This document shows positions 62,513 through 64,000 of a DNA stretch of 64,000 nucleotides, in pieces. Location of the stretch: NCBI GenBank assembly GCA_963677485.1, contig OY781964.1, forward strand, positions 1,408,001-1,472,000. Reading direction: 5' to 3'. Source of the stretch: Armatimonadota bacterium (lineage in GTDB: Bacteria > Armatimonadota > HRBIN16). The translations under genes and the position numbers were made by a program. Position 1 is the first letter of the stretch. Every line of letters begins with the position of its first letter. The notes beneath the pieces are model-generated. The model had not been told where the DNA came from, did no database searches, and saw only the letters and a program-made list of their open reading frames with translations.

Positions 62513-62869
62513 ATGACTGAGCATCCGTGGCGTGATCTGGTTCATTTCACCGACATCGATCAGTTCGCGATACGATTGGAGCAGTTGGAGTATTGGCCTG
62601 TGTGCAGCGTGTGTGGCGGGTTAGTCAAAGAGGAACTGGCGCAGGCTGTGCGTAAGGGCGTGCTCACGAACCGTGAGTGTATGGTGCTAATTGCCATCAT
62701 GCACGGCGTGCGTGCGAAGCAGATTGCGCCCATGATGGGCATCACCGAGCGCGGCGTGAACATCGCATACAAGCGCGCTTGTAAGGCCATCAACGAGTGG
62801 CGTGATTGCGGCGTAACCACCGCATTGCTTGAGGCGTTTGGGCGTGGAGCGTTGGAGATCATCGAATGA
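62513..62869 (+). CDS. Sigma region 4/LuxR-type HTH protein, putative late-gene activator
   Basis: LTNRE...GVRAKQIAPMMGITERGV. Located just before the packaging genes. Confidence 0.65.
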   Translation: MTEHPWRDLVHFTDIDQFAIRLEQLEYWPVCSVCGGLVKEELAQAVRKGVLTNRECMVLIAIMHGVRAKQIAPMMGITERGVNIAYKRACKAINEWRDCGVTTALLEAFGRGALEIIE

Positions 62870-63189
62870 GCAAGGCACCACTCAAGCCGTGCGCTAAGGT
62901 CGGCTGCCGTGAGCTGGTGCGCGGCGTCCGCTACTGCAAGGCGCACACCAGGGACGAGTCGGCGCGCGTGCAGTCGCAGGATCGCGGCTACAACGAACGC
63001 TGGAAGCTGATCAGGCGGCTCTATGTGCAGAAACATCCGCTGTGTGAGGTCTGTATGGCGCCGGTGGAGATTGTCCACCACAAAACCCCCATCGCGGAAG
63101 GCGGCGAGCGCTACAACTACGACAACCTCCAAAGTCTGTGCCGAGTCTGCCACGGCAAGGCGCACGGGGGAGGGGGGTCGATATGTTGA
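62866..63189 (+). CDS. Terminase-associated HNH endonuclease
   Basis: HPLCEVC, VHH, NLQSLCRVCH. Confidence 0.9.
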   Translation: MSKAPLKPCAKVGCRELVRGVRYCKAHTRDESARVQSQDRGYNERWKLIRRLYVQKHPLCEVCMAPVEIVHHKTPIAEGGERYNYDNLQSLCRVCHGKAHGGGGSIC

Positions 63190-63437
63190 GATGCTTTCAA
63201 ACCCCCACCGCGCATTGGGTCGTTTGTGCGAGAGATCAAATTCCAGTTTTTTGGTGCTTTGTATGTAAACGGTAATATAATAACGGTTGCGTGCGTAATG
63301 ATGGCAAAAGTTGCTATGTAATGACGGTACGGAGATATTCAATAATTGGTCGGTGGTTAATCGGGAGTAGGTCGAGAGTTAATCTGGAGTTGGTCTGTGG
63401 TCGGTCTGTAATAAGTCGATGATGGGTGGGTGATGAC

Positions 63438-63920
63438 ATGAGTGCGAACAAAGGCAGGAAGCCGGCAGCAGGTAATGATGTGTTGGGCGGAAACACTACA
63501 TCATCTGATGCAGGCGGTTACGTTTCGGATGGGCACAAGGGATCATCTACCGCAGGTGGCGATTCCATCAGCCAGAGATTATCTCCACCGAGTCACCTCG
63601 GACAGTATGGCAGAGCAGAGTGGCGAAGGATACTTCCAAAGCTCATAGGCATCGCAACTAACCTTGACTATGCTGCATTGGTTGCTTATTGCAGTGCATA
63701 TAACACCATGATCCAAGCGGATATCCTACTTAACCAGCAAGGGTTGATCATCGAGACTGAGAAGGGAATGATAGCACATCCTGCCACCAGAATTAAAGCA
63801 TCAGCTTCGGACCAGGTGCGCAGGTATCAAACAGAGTTTGGGCTTACTCCGCTGGCCAGGTTGAGGGTGCAGCCGTCGCTGCCAGAGGGCGATGAAGATG
63901 ATCTGGCGAAAATGTGCTAA
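63438..63920 (+). CDS. Phage terminase small subunit, P27 family
   Basis: GRKP, PPSHL...AEWRRI, YC.AY, HPA, EFGLTP.AR. Confidence 0.9.
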   Translation: MSANKGRKPAAGNDVLGGNTTSSDAGGYVSDGHKGSSTAGGDSISQRLSPPSHLGQYGRAEWRRILPKLIGIATNLDYAALVAYCSAYNTMIQADILLNQQGLIIETEKGMIAHPATRIKASASDQVRRYQTEFGLTPLARLRVQPSLPEGDEDDLAKMC

Positions 63921-64000
63921 GGCCATATTTAGAACTTAAGGAAACCAAACAGTGGCGGTTCGATGAAGAAAAAGCGGACCGCGCATGCAGGTGGATGGAA
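63914..64000 (+). CDS. Phage terminase large subunit, N-terminus (truncated by the window edge)
   Basis: GTG start; ...WRFDEEKADRACRWME resembles Terminase_1 N-termini. Confidence 0.65.
   Translation, partial: MLRPYLELKETKQWRFDEEKADRACRWME

Larger units (their letters stand above)
59368..64000 (+). mobile_element. Prophage-like region (replication, late regulation, HNH, terminases), continuing beyond the window
   Basis: Tightly overlapping co-directional ORFs in siphovirus gene order. Confidence 0.85.

Noticed and set aside
62510-62515. Second TGA-ATG in-frame junction as read-through
   Set aside because: The two ORFs are complete, unrelated domains (nuclease and HTH), typical of compact phage operons.

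Overview
A moderately GC-rich bacterial chromosome segment, probably Armatimonadota. That assignment is inferred from the '[15 protein letters not shown]' prepilin/DUF1559 proteins, a PEP-CTERM protein and rny-ymdB. Bases 1-49 kb are mostly glycan-utilisation genes (GH106, GH4, GH36, GH42-like, GH71/99-like, GH51, GH31, GH39, a sulfatase, a UroD-family protein, three tandem DUF1559 pilin-like paralogues). These are mixed with housekeeping genes (purC, ACT+DUF711, SOD, rny, ymdB) and many REP/MITE-like palindromic repeats. Mobile DNA comprises an IS3-family element inside a scramblase-like gene, a class IIC group II intron sitting in a REP hairpin, an AT-rich insert in a broken AlbA_2/HATPase gene, and a phage replication-to-packaging module from 59.4 kb to the end. 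The most notable observations are: (1) two translationally coupled full-length RelA/SpoT paralogues with reciprocal active-site loss, one synthetase-only and one hydrolase-only; (2) a yhcG/DUF1016 gene whose internal coding palindrome has two covarying variant copies just upstream; (3) a phage module with no lysogeny genes at its left end. No tRNA, rRNA or CRISPR array was seen. All family calls are from motif recognition by eye; no database searches were run.
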